The notes beneath the pieces were generated by a model. That model had not been told where the DNA came from and did no database searches. It worked only from the letters and a program-made list of their open reading frames with translations. DNA of 64,000 bases from Actinomycetota bacterium (GTDB lineage Bacteria > Actinomycetota > Acidimicrobiia > Acidimicrobiales > Microtrichaceae): contig JADJBW010000003.1 in assembly GCA_016703525.1 (NCBI GenBank), positions 19,849 to 83,848 of the forward strand, read 5' to 3'. Of the stretch, positions 1 through 9,883 are shown one piece after another. Position numbers and translations under genes: made by a program. Every line of letters begins with the position of its first letter. Position 1 is the stretch's first letter.

Positions 1-75
1 GCTCAGGGTCGGTCGCACCGGTGCCGCTCAGGGCCGGTCGCACCGGTGCCGCTTGGATCGGTCGCCGCTAGCGTC
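1..75. repeat. tandem direct repeat, ~25-bp unit (GCTCAGGGYCGGTCGCACCGGTGCC) x ~2.5
   Basis: two near-identical adjacent copies plus a partial third, read directly at the window start upstream of the SDR gene. Confidence 0.6.
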
Positions 76-883
76 CCGCCTCGTGACTGCACCGATCATC
101 GCCCCGACCGACCTGTCCCACCTCGGCGGGTTGTTCGACCTGTCCGATCGCGTGGCCATCGTGACCGGCGCGTCGTCGGGCCTGGGTCGTCGGTTCGCCC
201 GGGTGCTGCACGGCGCCGGCGCGACCGTCGTCGCCGCGGCCCGCCGGGCCGAGCTGCTCGACGAGCTGGCCGAGGAGCTGGGCGAGCGCCTCGTTCCTCA
301 CGCGGCTGATGTGGCGAACGAGCCCGACGTGGAGGCGCTCGTCGAGCGAGCGATGGCGTGTCGCGGGCGCATCGACATCGTGGTCAACAACGCGGGGATC
401 GGCGGTGCGGTGCCGGCGGAGGACGAGACGATGACGCAGTGGCGACGCACCATGGCGGTCAACGTCGACGGGCTGTTCCACCTGTCGCAGCTCGCCGGCC
501 GCCACATGCTCGACGCCGGGTCGGGCAGCATCGTCAACATCGCGTCGATACTGGGGCTGGTGGCCGCGGCGCCGATCAAGCAGGCGGCGTATTGCGCGTC
601 GAAGGGAGCGGTGGTGAACCTGACGCGAGAACTCGCGGGCCAGTGGGGCCGCAGGGGTGTGCGGGTCAACGCCATCGCTCCGGGCTGGTTCCTTTCGGAG
701 ATGACCGCCGAGGAGATGTTCGCCGACGAGCGGTCGATGCAGTTCGTGCGCCGCAACACGCCGATGGGCCGCCCCGGCGAGGCGCACGAACTCGACGGCG
801 CGCTGCTGTTCCTGGCCTCCGACGCATCGAGCTTCGTGACCGGCCAGATCCTCGCCGTCGACGGGGGCTGGACCGCCCGCTGA
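53..883 (+). CDS. short-chain dehydrogenase/reductase (SDR) family oxidoreductase
   Basis: TGASSGLG Rossmann motif, NNAG, catalytic YxxxK (YCASK); ~270 aa; start may lie slightly downstream. Confidence 0.85.
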   Translation: MDRSPLASRLVTAPIIAPTDLSHLGGLFDLSDRVAIVTGASSGLGRRFARVLHGAGATVVAAARRAELLDELAEELGERLVPHAADVANEPDVEALVERAMACRGRIDIVVNNAGIGGAVPAEDETMTQWRRTMAVNVDGLFHLSQLAGRHMLDAGSGSIVNIASILGLVAAAPIKQAAYCASKGAVVNLTRELAGQWGRRGVRVNAIAPGWFLSEMTAEEMFADERSMQFVRRNTPMGRPGEAHELDGALLFLASDASSFVTGQILAVDGGWTAR

Positions 884-901
884 CGGGACCGCGTCGGCGG
901 G

Positions 902-1627
902 TCAGTCCGACGGCGTTGCGTCGTCGCGCCAGGCGCGATCGCCGAACCGTTCGCGGTGCACCACATCGCCCACCGGCCGTCGGGTGGTCGGGCCGTACCG
1001 GCCTCGGGGCCAACCCATCGGAACGATGCACACCGGCGTGACCGACCGGGGAAGCCCGAGGACGCGGCGCGCCCGGATGGTCGACCAGAGCGGGAGCGTG
1101 ATGAGCGAGGCGCCGAGCCCCATCGCTCGGGCCGCCAGCAACAGGTTCTGCACGCTCGGGTAGATCGAGCCGAAGAACGAGCTGGGCGCGATGTCGGGGA
1201 GCGGGATGGTGTTGGGGATCTTCATGCCGTTGAGGCACGGGATCACGAGTACCGGGATCTCCTCGAAGTGATCGACCTGCCATTGCACGGCGTCGAGCAC
1301 CTTGTTCATCGAGGCGTCGCCGCGGGCCATTCGGCGCCCGATGCCGCCGTAGAGCGCCCAGACGCGGCGGTACTGGCGAGCGAAGGCCGCCTTGGTGGCG
1401 CGGTCGGTGACCACGACGAATTCCCAGTTCTGACCGTTCGACCCGGTCGGCGCCCGCAGCGCGAGTTCGATGCAGCGCAGGACGATGGCGTCGTCGACGG
1501 GGTCCGGCAGCACCTTGCGCACCGCGCGCTGGGTCATCATCGCCTCGTCGAGCGGCATCGAGAGGCGGTCGCTGACGTTCGCGAACGAGGTATCGCCGTC
1601 TTCGGGTGCCCGCTCGTTGATCGTCAC
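902..1627 (-). CDS. nitroreductase family protein
   Basis: FMN-nitroreductase-like sequence (RAPTGSNGQNWEFVVV, LGLGA...MGWP); start codon uncertain (alternative internal Met). Confidence 0.75.
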   Translation of the reverse strand: MTINERAPEDGDTSFANVSDRLSMPLDEAMMTQRAVRKVLPDPVDDAIVLRCIELALRAPTGSNGQNWEFVVVTDRATKAAFARQYRRVWALYGGIGRRMARGDASMNKVLDAVQWQVDHFEEIPVLVIPCLNGMKIPNTIPLPDIAPSSFFGSIYPSVQNLLLAARAMGLGASLITLPLWSTIRARRVLGLPRSVTPVCIVPMGWPRGRYGPTTRRPVGDVVHRERFGDRAWRDDATPSD

Positions 1628-1637
1628 GACCGTGCGT

Positions 1638-2135
1638 TCAGGCCGGGATGGCCGGGGTGCCGGAGTAGGGGACCGGATCGCCCGTCGCGGGGATCGCCGG
1701 CGCCTTCCACGACATGACCTTCGCCAGGTGTTCGGCGATCGGCCGCCACGTTTCCGGGTTCCAACCCTCGGCCAGCCCGGCGACCTCGCGGTTGAGGTTC
1801 ACGTGGCACAGCGCCGGGAGCTCGTGGGCGCCGATCGCGGTGACGAACTCCCGGTCGGGATCGCAGAAGGTGAGGTGCCGGTCGGCGAGTTCGCCCAGGA
1901 ACTGGCGGGCGCCCTCCTCGTCGCAGGTCACCACCCATGCCGGCCGACAATCCGCACCCGAGAACCCGGTGAGGATGCGACTCGCCGTGTCGAGAATCCA
2001 CGAACTCTCGAACGTGTACGGATCGATCACCACGGCGAGGAGATGGAAGAGCTTCAGCTGCTCATCCGCAGAGCGATCGTCGCCCCCGAGCGGGTGCAGC
2101 ACCAGGTCACCAGGAAGTGTCGCCACGGTCGGCAC
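1638..2135 (-). CDS. conserved hypothetical protein
   Basis: 165-aa ORF with protein-like composition, non-overlapping with neighbours; no family recognised. Confidence 0.5.
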   Translation of the reverse strand: MPTVATLPGDLVLHPLGGDDRSADEQLKLFHLLAVVIDPYTFESSWILDTASRILTGFSGADCRPAWVVTCDEEGARQFLGELADRHLTFCDPDREFVTAIGAHELPALCHVNLNREVAGLAEGWNPETWRPIAEHLAKVMSWKAPAIPATGDPVPYSGTPAIPA

Positions 2136-2211
2136 GCTAGCGCGGTGCCGCTACGTTCCCGCAGTTCGGGGCGGCCGCGGCGGCGACGCGGGCGGTAGCG
2201 TCCAACGCCGG

Positions 2212-3015
2212 ATGCACCCCATCGAACACCTCCGATTCGTGGCGCGAGCCGTTGGCGTTCCGCAGGACCTGCTCGTGCGCGAAACGGCATCGGCGCTCGC
2301 GGCGTTCGGCGGCGATCCGCCGGGGCTCGTGACGGCCTGTCGCCGGGTGATCTCCCGCCACCTGGCGGTCGGCGGGCTGTGGACGCTGTGCGCCCGCATG
2401 CTCCACGCAGCGGATCCGTTGGCCGAGGCACGTGCCGCGGTGGAGGAGCTCGACGCGGACCGGACGGCGCGCCACCTCGCGATCGAGCTTCCGCCCGATG
2501 CGACGGCCCTGATGGTGGGATGGTCCACCACGGTGATCGATTCGCTCGTGCGGCGCGGCGACGTCACCGTGCTGGTCGCCGAGATCGACGCCGAGGCCGG
2601 GTCGTTGGCCGCGCACCTCGACGCTCGTTCCGTCGATGTGGTCGAGGTCGACGGTTCGTCGCTGGGTGCTGCGGCGGCTACCGCCGACGTGGTGCTGGTC
2701 GAGGCCGAGCTCGCCGGCCCGGCGGCGGTGTTGGCGCCGCGACGGACCCTGGCGGCGGCGTGCGTCGCCGCGCATGCCGGGCGCGCCGTGTGGTTCGTTG
2801 TGCCCCACGGGCGTGCCGTCGGTGGGCGCACGTGGGATGCGGCGAATCGCCGCTGGCGCGACCGCTCCAACGCGTGGGACCGCGACCTCGACGAGGTGCC
2901 GCTCGACACCGCAACCCTGGTCATCGGTCCGACCGGGACAACGCCCCCCACAGCGCTGGTCGACCGGGTCGATTGTCCGGTCGCCCCGGGGTTGTTCAAA
3001 GCTGACGTGACCTGA
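2212..3015 (+). CDS. eIF-2B alpha/beta/delta-like family protein (putative sugar-phosphate isomerase fold)
   Basis: pattern TALMVGWSTTV...VTVLVAE...VDVVEVDGSSLGAAAATADVVLVEAELAGPAAVLAPRRTLAAA resembles e2b2/MtnA family core; start taken at first in-frame ATG (MHPIEHL). Confidence 0.45.
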   Translation: MHPIEHLRFVARAVGVPQDLLVRETASALAAFGGDPPGLVTACRRVISRHLAVGGLWTLCARMLHAADPLAEARAAVEELDADRTARHLAIELPPDATALMVGWSTTVIDSLVRRGDVTVLVAEIDAEAGSLAAHLDARSVDVVEVDGSSLGAAAATADVVLVEAELAGPAAVLAPRRTLAAACVAAHAGRAVWFVVPHGRAVGGRTWDAANRRWRDRSNAWDRDLDEVPLDTATLVIGPTGTTPPTALVDRVDCPVAPGLFKADVT

Positions 3016-3052
3016 GGCGATTCGCCCCGAGCCACACGATCGAAGGAGATCC

Positions 3053-3556
3053 ATGCCATCTCGCCGCGATGCCATCCGAATGAGCGACGATGAGGTCGCC
3101 GGGTTCCTCGGGGGCCGACGCACCCTCAACCTCGCGTCGTTCGGCCCGGACGGCACCATCCATCTCGTCGCGATGTGGTACGGATTCCTCGATTCGGCGA
3201 ACACGTACGATCCCGAAATCGGGTTCGGTCCGGGCGAGATCGTGATCGAGACGTTCGCGAAGTCGCAGAAGGTGGCGAACTTCCGCCGGAACCCCCGGTT
3301 CACGGCGCTCGTGGAGGCGGGCGACGACTACTCCGAGCTGCAGGGCGTGGAGGTCGTGGGAACGGTCGAGGTGCTCGACGACCCGGCGGTCGTCGTCGAG
3401 TCGTGCAAGGCGGTCCTGAGCCGCTATCAGCAGTTCGCCAACCCCGGTGATCTGGAGTTCGCGGCCGAGTTCGCGGCGCGCAAGCGAGTGTGCGTGAAGC
3501 TCCACGTCGACCGCGTGGTGAGCTGGGACCATCAGAAGCTGGACGTCGCCTACTGA
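3053..3556 (+). CDS. PPOX-class (pyridoxamine 5'-phosphate oxidase-like) F420/FMN-dependent oxidoreductase
   Basis: split-barrel PPOX-like sequence (GFLGGRRTLNLASFGPDGTIHLVAMWY..., RNPRFTALVE..., VCVKLHVDRVVSWD). Confidence 0.75.
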   Translation: MPSRRDAIRMSDDEVAGFLGGRRTLNLASFGPDGTIHLVAMWYGFLDSANTYDPEIGFGPGEIVIETFAKSQKVANFRRNPRFTALVEAGDDYSELQGVEVVGTVEVLDDPAVVVESCKAVLSRYQQFANPGDLEFAAEFAARKRVCVKLHVDRVVSWDHQKLDVAY

Positions 3557-3620
3557 GGCCGAGCGCGCTCGGCCCCGCATACGGACGCGCCGATGAGGTG
3601 CGGTCGGTAGATTCCCGGCC

Positions 3621-4304
3621 ATGGGTGAGATCATCGAATTTCCGAGTAACGGCTCGAACGGGCGCGGGTACCTCGCCGAGGCCGCCGGCGGCGGCCCGGC
3701 TGTGATCGTGATCCAGGAGTGGTGGGGTCTCGTGCCCCACATCTGCGAGGTCGTCGATCGCTTCGCTGCTGCGGGGTTCTCGGCCCTGGCGCCCGACCTC
3801 TACCGGGGTGCCACGACGACCGAGCCCGACGAGGCCGGCAAGCTGATGATGGCCCTCAACCTGGACCGTGCCGCCCGCGACATGAGCGGAGCGATCGAGG
3901 CGCTGTTGGCCCGGCCCGCCACGACGAGCTCGAAGGTGGGCGTTGTGGGGTTCTGCATGGGTGGTGGCCTGGCGCTCAAGCTCGCCTGCGACCGGGCGGA
4001 TGTGGTGGGAGCGTGCGCGCCGTTCTACGGCCTGATCCCGTGGGAGGCCGCGGAGCCCGACTGGTCGCAGCTGCAGGCCCCGGTGCGCGGGCACTACGCC
4101 GAGCTCGACGGCTTCTTCGGGCCTGCCGCCGTCGCCGAGTTGCAGGCCACCCTCGACGGCCTCGGCAAGGACGCGCAGCTCACCGTTCACCCCGGCGTGC
4201 AGCACGCGTTCTTCAACGATCACCGCCCGGAGGTCTACGCCGCGGCGGAGGCCGAGGTGGCGTGGGAGATGACGATCTCGTTCTTGTCGTCAGCGCTGGG
4301 CTGA
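3621..4304 (+). CDS. dienelactone hydrolase family protein
   Basis: GYLAEAAGGGPAVIVIQEWWGL..., nucleophile elbow GFCMGG, C-terminal His (VQHAF). Confidence 0.85.
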   Translation: MGEIIEFPSNGSNGRGYLAEAAGGGPAVIVIQEWWGLVPHICEVVDRFAAAGFSALAPDLYRGATTTEPDEAGKLMMALNLDRAARDMSGAIEALLARPATTSSKVGVVGFCMGGGLALKLACDRADVVGACAPFYGLIPWEAAEPDWSQLQAPVRGHYAELDGFFGPAAVAELQATLDGLGKDAQLTVHPGVQHAFFNDHRPEVYAAAEAEVAWEMTISFLSSALG

Positions 4305-4311
4305 GCGGCGC

Positions 4312-5517
4312 ATGCCCGACGTGCATGGCTCCGACGTCGATGTCGTCGAGGCCTACCTGACGCTCGGCCTTCGCCTCGGCCGCTTCGACGACGCGATCGT
4401 CGACGCCTACTACGGCCCGGGGGCGCTGCGCGACACGGTCGCCGCCGAGCCGCGGCGCGAACCCGGGGCGCTGCTCGATGACGCGTCGACGCTGTTGCGG
4501 CGGATCGACCGTGGCGAGGGCGAGTCGGTCGAGGGTCAGCGGCGGCGATGGTTGCAGTCGCAGGTCCGCGGGCTGCACATGGTGTGCCGAGTGCTCGCCG
4601 GTGAGGCCGTCCCGTATCTCGACGAGGTCGAGGCCTGCTACGGCATCCGCCCCGACCGGGTCGAGGAGGACGAGGTGTTCGAGGCGCATCGGCGTCTCGA
4701 ACGGGCGCTGCCGGGCGGGGGTGATCTCGGCGAGCGCGTCGCGGCGCTCCGGGCGCGCCACGTCATCCCGCCCGACCGGCTGACGGCGGTGATCGGGCAC
4801 CTGGCCGAGGAGCTCCGCGCGCGGACCATCGCCCTGTTCGGGCTGCCCGCGGGCGAGCACGTCGACTTCGAGCTCGTGACCGACAAGCCGTGGTCCGGGT
4901 TCAACCACTACCTCGGCGGGTTCCGGTCGCGAGTGGTGATCAACACCGACCTGCCGGTCCTGTCGACGTCGATCGCGCACCTGGTCGCGCACGAGGCGTA
5001 TCCGGGTCATCACACCGAGCACTCCCACAAGGAGGCGGGTCTGGTGCGGCGGCGGCGCCAGGACGAGCAGTCGATCTCGCTGATCGGCACGCCGGCCTGC
5101 CTGCTGGCCGAAGGGCTGGCCGACCTCGGGCTGGAGGTGCTCGTCGGGCCGACCCCGCATCTGGCGGTAGCTCCCATGATCCGGGCCGCTGGCCTCAATT
5201 ACGAGATCGAGGCGATCGACGCGTTGGCGGGGTTCGCCGAGGTATCGGGTCGCGCTCGGGGATCGCTCGCGATCGATCTGCACGACCGGGGTGACGGCCT
5301 CGACACGGTGGTCGATCGTGCGCAGCGGTGGCTGCTGCTCGACCCGGCGCGAGCGCGCAAGGCCGTCGAGTTCCTCGCCGATCCGTCGTGGCGGGCGTAT
5401 GTGTTCTGCTACGCCGAGGGTCATCGGCTGTGTCGCTCGTTCGTGGCGGGCGACCCCGGCCGGTTCGCTCGGCTCCTCGACGAGCAGTTGATCCCCGCCG
5501 ACCTGCTCCCCGCCTGA
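4312..5517 (+). CDS. DUF885 family protein (putative metallopeptidase)
   Basis: HEAYPGHH motif characteristic of DUF885; 401 aa. Confidence 0.65.
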   Translation: MPDVHGSDVDVVEAYLTLGLRLGRFDDAIVDAYYGPGALRDTVAAEPRREPGALLDDASTLLRRIDRGEGESVEGQRRRWLQSQVRGLHMVCRVLAGEAVPYLDEVEACYGIRPDRVEEDEVFEAHRRLERALPGGGDLGERVAALRARHVIPPDRLTAVIGHLAEELRARTIALFGLPAGEHVDFELVTDKPWSGFNHYLGGFRSRVVINTDLPVLSTSIAHLVAHEAYPGHHTEHSHKEAGLVRRRRQDEQSISLIGTPACLLAEGLADLGLEVLVGPTPHLAVAPMIRAAGLNYEIEAIDALAGFAEVSGRARGSLAIDLHDRGDGLDTVVDRAQRWLLLDPARARKAVEFLADPSWRAYVFCYAEGHRLCRSFVAGDPGRFARLLDEQLIPADLLPA

Positions 5518-5540
5518 CCTGGCCTGCGGGGCGGGCGCCC

Positions 5541-5600
5541 GGGGGGGGGGGGGGGGCTCGGGGGTGGGGTCGGGGTGGGTCGGCCCAGTTCGGGGTGGGG
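5541..5600. repeat. G homopolymer (16 G) within G-rich tract
   Basis: cccGGGGGGGGGGGGGGGGctcgggggtggggtcggggtgggtcggcccag; intergenic between DUF885 gene and TauE gene; includes one REP-like half-site (TCGGCCCAGTTCG). Confidence 0.8.
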
Positions 5601-5629
5601 GCGGGTATTGCGCTCGATGCGGGGGCGAC

Positions 5630-6532
5630 TCACGCGAGGCCGGCGAGCTCGCGGCCCAGGTAGAGGATCGACACGGCGATCAACAGCACCCCGGCGAGAC
5701 GCCGCATCGTGTGTTCCGATGCTCCGACGGTCAGGTGTGCACCCACGCGTGCGCCGGGAACGATGCCGATGGCGAGCGGCGCGGCGAACTCCCAGTCGAT
5801 GTGACCGAGGCGGATGTGCGTGATCAACGCGGTCACCGACATCACCGCCACAGCGGCGAGTGACGTCGCGATCGCCTCCTTCACCTGCAGCCGAACGCCG
5901 AGCACGAGTCCGGGGGTGAGGACCAGGCCCCCGCCGATGCCGAGGAGGCCGGCGAGAAACCCGGCGATCACGCCGAGCGCCACCAGGATCGCCACGCCGT
6001 CGCGAACCTCCCGCTCGACGGGTTCGGCGGTCGGTTCGACGGTCGGTTCGGCCTCGGCCCCGGAGGCGATCGCCGATGGGATCGCTGATGGGATCGCTGA
6101 GGGAGCCGCCGATGGGATCGGGCGCTGCTGAGCGTCTCGCACGAGCGTGCCGCCGCTCCACAGCACGAGCACCGCAGTGACGACCATGAGCCACCGCGCA
6201 TCGACCTGCCCCGCGACCCATGCGCCGATGGCCGCGAAGGCGACCCCGCTTCCGCCGCAGGTCGCCGCCACGCGCCAGTTGACGTAGCCCTCGCGGGCGT
6301 ACCGAAGCGTGCCGGTGAGGGCCCCCGGAAGAATCGCGGGAACCGTGGAGCCGACGGCGTGGATCGGTGTCGCCCCGAGGAATCGGATCACCGGCGTGGT
6401 GATGATCGCTCCGCCGACGCCGAGAATCGCGGCGAGGACGCCGGAGCCGAATCCGGCGACCAGAACGATCGCCGTTGTCCATGACCACTCCACGGGCACA
6501 AGTTTGGCGCGCGGCAGGTAAAGATCCGGCAC
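5630..6532 (-). CDS. sulfite exporter TauE/SafE family membrane protein
   Basis: two repeated 4-TM halves with GxGGG motifs (LGVGGAI, LGIGGGLVLTP); central loop contains PSAI x3 repeat. Confidence 0.85.
   Translation of the reverse strand: MPDLYLPRAKLVPVEWSWTTAIVLVAGFGSGVLAAILGVGGAIITTPVIRFLGATPIHAVGSTVPAILPGALTGTLRYAREGYVNWRVAATCGGSGVAFAAIGAWVAGQVDARWLMVVTAVLVLWSGGTLVRDAQQRPIPSAAPSAIPSAIPSAIASGAEAEPTVEPTAEPVEREVRDGVAILVALGVIAGFLAGLLGIGGGLVLTPGLVLGVRLQVKEAIATSLAAVAVMSVTALITHIRLGHIDWEFAAPLAIGIVPGARVGAHLTVGASEHTMRRLAGVLLIAVSILYLGRELAGLA
6062..6122. repeat. 12-bp tandem repeat x ~3.5 (GATGGGATCGCT) inside TauE gene, encoding (AIPS)n
   Basis: read directly; in-frame simple-sequence repeat in cytoplasmic loop. 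Confidence 0.8.
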
Positions 6533-6622
6533 AGCGTCGATTGCCCTATGAGGTCGAGTTGTACGGTCCCTCCGGCCATGCTCGAAGGTCGATGCAGGTC
6601 ACATGAACAAGGAGTGCTCCCG

Positions 6623-7169
6623 ATGGACACCTTCGCCGGGCTGCCGGCCCACCCGCTTCTGGTCCACGCACCCGTGGTGCTCGTGCCGGTCGTCGCGTTG
6701 CTCGTGATCTTGATGATCGTCCGCCCGCAGTGGCTGGAGCGTTTCGGATGGCTCGCGGTCGGCCTGGCCGGCCTCGCTCTCGTGACGGGTGTGCTTGCCG
6801 AGAACTCGGGAGAGGCGCTCGAGGAGGCCGTGGAGGATTCGGCGTCGCGGACGCTGCTCCACGCGCACGAGGAGGCAGGGCGAGAAGGTCCCGCTGCTGG
6901 CCTTCCTTCTGTTCGCCAGCTTGGTTGCGTGGGTGGGTTGGCAGTGGTGGTCGCGGCGCAAGGCTGCCGCGGGCGAGGCGTCGGGGTCCGGCTCGGCCGG
7001 GTCGTCCAGCGCCCGGTCGCCGATCTCGATGGGTCTCGGCGCGATCGCGCTCGTGGTGTCGCTCGCGGCGACGTGGTTCGTGTACGACGCCGGTCACACC
7101 GGGGCCAAGACCGCGTGGGACGACGTGAAGGTCACGAGCAGCGAGGGCGGGGGCGACGAGGGGCGTTAG
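6623..7169 (+). CDS. hypothetical membrane protein (DUF2231-like), apparent frameshift near 6885
   Basis: AAGGAG RBS 9 bp upstream of ATG 6623; N-terminal TM (…LLVHAPVVLVPVVALLVILM…) continues in another frame (…KVPLLAFLLFASLVAWVGW…TWFVYDAGHTG…) ending 7169. Confidence 0.55.
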
Positions 7170-7185
7170 GAGCCCGCGCGCCATA

Positions 7186-7260
7186 CACGAACGCGAACTG
7201 GGCCGATTCACCAACCCGAGCGGTTGGTAGATCGGCCCAGTTCGCGTGGGTTCGTGGGTT
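7186..7260. terminator. stem-loop between convergent genes; REP-like palindrome CGAACTGGGCCGAT / ATCGGCCCAGTTCG
   Basis: perfect 14-bp inverted repeat (7195-7208 / 7232-7245) with nested CCAACC..GGTTGG palindrome in loop; located between stops at 7169(+) and 7269(-). Confidence 0.5.
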
Positions 7261-7268
7261 CGACGGGG

Positions 7269-8870
7269 CTACTTGCCGACTCGGCCGACGAGCTGGCGGG
7301 CGATCACCTTGATGCACAGCGTCTCGTCTGCGCCCTCGAAGATCGACAGCACGCGGGCGTCGACGTAGTAGCGGCTCACGTCGTACTCCTCGGCGTAGCC
7401 CATGCCGCCGTGGATCTGCATCGCCTCGCGGGTGACCCATTCGGCCGCCTTGCAGACGTATGCCTTGATGAGCGATGCCTCAAGGGCGCCCTCGCCTCGG
7501 GCCATCATCCGGGCGACCTCGTAGGCGAACTGCCGGGCGGCCTGGATCAGCACGGCCATGCGGGCGAGCTTCACCTGGGTGAGCTGGTACTCCGAGATGT
7601 TCGCCCCGAAGACCTTCCGGTTCTCGGCGTAGTCGCGGGCGGCCTCGTACGCCGCCTGCATCACACCGATCGCCCGGGCGGCCGTCTGCAGGCGCCCGTT
7701 CTCGAACCCGGCCATCTGGTAGTAGAAGCCGCGGCCCTTGCCGCCGTCGAGCCCGATCAGGTTCTCGGCCGGTACGAACCAGTCCTCGATCGCGACCTCG
7801 TAGGAGTGCATGCCGCGGTAGCCGATCGTGTCGATCGCGCGGCCCTCCATCTTTCCGGCGCCCGGGCCGTCCATGTCGGCCTGGCGGATGTCGAATCCGT
7901 GTCCTTCGCCGCGCAGCTTGGGCACGATGAACATCGACAGGCCCCGGTGGCCCGCGTTGCGGTCGGGGTCGGTGCGGGCGAGCAGCATCAACACGTCGGC
8001 GCGGGCGCCGAACGGGCACCACGTCTTCACGCCGTTGATCACGTAGCCGTCGATGCCGTCCACGGTCGACGGCGTCGCGGTCACCTTCACGCCGGCGACG
8101 TCGGAGCCGTAGTCGGGCTCGGTGACGGCCACGGCGTTCATCACCTCGGCGGTCGCCAGCAGCGGCAGCCACTGCTGCTTCTGCTCCTCGGTGCCGCCGG
8201 CTTCGAGCGCACGGGCGAGGATCTCGGGTCGGGTGATGAGCGAGCCGCCGGCGCCGAGCGAGCCGCGGGACAGCTCTTCGGTGGCGACGACCATGGCGAT
8301 GTAGTCGGCGTCGGTGCCCGACGCGAACCCGCCGTATTCCTCGGCGATCGACAGGCCGAACGCGCCCATCTCGGCGAGGCCGGTGATGATGGCCTCCGGG
8401 ATGTCGGCGTTGTGGCGGTGGATGTGCTCGGCGATCGGCTTCAGCTTCTCGTCCGCGAACCGGCGGAACGTGTCCTGCACCATCTCGAAGTCGTCGCCGA
8501 GGTGCCGGGGCCCCTCGGTCGTGGCGAGGGGGGCGAGGAAGGCGGCGTCGCGGAACCGGGCGACGTATTCGCGGGTGGAATCGAGCGCGTGGGCGTCGAC
8601 GCCCCAGTCGGCTTCCCGCCCGAACACCTTGCCGGCGAGGTCGGCCACGGCATCCGCCACGAATGCGTGCGTGAGGCGCTCCTCGAGCTCGCCCTTCGCG
8701 CCGTAGCCGAGCATCGACTGCGCGGTTTGCAGGGCGGCCTTGGCGTGGGCGACGTCGTACGCGAGGACCTGATGGTCGTCGAGCCCGATGTCGGCGAGGC
8801 GTCCGATCGCCGCGTCGACGACGGCGGAGGCGGAGGCGATGACGGTTTCGGCGGCGGTGAGATCGGACAT
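7269..8870 (-). CDS. fadE: acyl-CoA dehydrogenase (FadE-like, long form)
   Basis: ACAD N/M/C domains (…YGSDVAGVKVTA…, …GGMGYAEEYDVSRYYVDARVLSIFEG…); start at MSDLTAAE (ATG complement 8868-8870). Confidence 0.85.
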   Translation of the reverse strand: MSDLTAAETVIASASAVVDAAIGRLADIGLDDHQVLAYDVAHAKAALQTAQSMLGYGAKGELEERLTHAFVADAVADLAGKVFGREADWGVDAHALDSTREYVARFRDAAFLAPLATTEGPRHLGDDFEMVQDTFRRFADEKLKPIAEHIHRHNADIPEAIITGLAEMGAFGLSIAEEYGGFASGTDADYIAMVVATEELSRGSLGAGGSLITRPEILARALEAGGTEEQKQQWLPLLATAEVMNAVAVTEPDYGSDVAGVKVTATPSTVDGIDGYVINGVKTWCPFGARADVLMLLARTDPDRNAGHRGLSMFIVPKLRGEGHGFDIRQADMDGPGAGKMEGRAIDTIGYRGMHSYEVAIEDWFVPAENLIGLDGGKGRGFYYQMAGFENGRLQTAARAIGVMQAAYEAARDYAENRKVFGANISEYQLTQVKLARMAVLIQAARQFAYEVARMMARGEGALEASLIKAYVCKAAEWVTREAMQIHGGMGYAEEYDVSRYYVDARVLSIFEGADETLCIKVIARQLVGRVGK

Positions 8871-8948
8871 GGTTCGCGAGGTTACGCGGCGATCTCGGAG
8901 CGCTCCCAACGCTGCGGGCGCCACGGCGCTGCGGGTACGGTCGGGGCC

Positions 8949-9821
8949 GTGATCGATCCCGCGGGACCGGCCCTCGATGCGTTGTTGAGCTGGGGCGACG
9001 TCGTGCGCCGTGACCTGCCGTGGCGTCGAACCCGCGACCCGTTCGCGATCCTCGTGGCCGAGGTGATGCTGCAGCAGACCCAGGTTGATCGCGTGATTCC
9101 CCGGTGGCTCCGGTTCCTCGAACGTTGGGCGACGCCGGCGTCGCTCGCGGCGGCCGGTCTGTCGGACGTGCTGGTCGAGTGGTCGGGGTTGGGGTATCCG
9201 CGGCGGGCACGGAATCTGCATCTCGCGGCCGGTGAGGTGGTCGAGCGATTTGCCGGCTCGTTGCCCCGGGACCTCGACGCCCTGTTGTCGCTGCCGGGCG
9301 TCGGTGCCTACACGGCGCGAGCGGTGCAGGTATTTGCGTTCGAGGTCGACACCGGCGTGGTCGACACCAACATCGCACGGGTGCTCGCGAGGGTGACGGG
9401 GCGGCGGCTGACGGCTCGCGAGGCGCAGGCGTTGGCCGATGCGGCGGTTCCGCCGGGTCGATCGTGGGAGCACAACCAGACGCTGATGGACCTCGGCGCG
9501 ACGGTATGTCGACGTCGTCCGACGTGTGAGGCGTGTCCGATCGCCGAGTGGTGTTCGTGGCGCGGCGATGCGGGCGAGTCCGCCGACCCGGCGATTGGGT
9601 CGGCGGGCGCGAGCGGTCGCCAGGCACGCTTCGAGGGGTCGGATCGCCAACTCCGTGGACGGCTGATGGCCGCGCTTGCGGTCGGTGACGTGGCGCTCGA
9701 CGACGTGGGACGGGTGGTCGCGTTGCCCGACGACCCGCAGCGTTGCGCTCGGGTGGTCGCATCGCTGGTGCGCGACGGACTGGTCGCCGTGGTCGACGAC
9801 GGCGCGGGCGGGCGCGGGTAG
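8949..9821 (+). CDS. mutY: A/G-specific adenine DNA glycosylase (MutY-like, HhH-GPD + 4Fe-4S)
   Basis: HhH-GPD motif (LPGVGAYTARAV), Cys cluster CRRRPTCEACPIAEWC; GTG start chosen in-frame; short actinobacterial-type MutY. Confidence 0.7.
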   Translation: MIDPAGPALDALLSWGDVVRRDLPWRRTRDPFAILVAEVMLQQTQVDRVIPRWLRFLERWATPASLAAAGLSDVLVEWSGLGYPRRARNLHLAAGEVVERFAGSLPRDLDALLSLPGVGAYTARAVQVFAFEVDTGVVDTNIARVLARVTGRRLTAREAQALADAAVPPGRSWEHNQTLMDLGATVCRRRPTCEACPIAEWCSWRGDAGESADPAIGSAGASGRQARFEGSDRQLRGRLMAALAVGDVALDDVGRVVALPDDPQRCARVVASLVRDGLVAVVDDGAGGRG

Positions 9822-9883
9822 CGCCGCGATGGTGGGCCTCGGCGGGACTCGGCCGGTCCGCGCCTGCCGTAGCCTGTTCGCCC

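Noticed and set aside
5541-5556. 16-G homopolymer as a genuine G-quadruplex regulatory element between DUF885 and TauE genes
   Set aside because: Possible, but all G-tracts in the window are G-rich on the same (+) strand and co-occur with numerous indel frameshifts. A sequencing artefact is more parsimonious, so it is kept only as a flagged anomaly.
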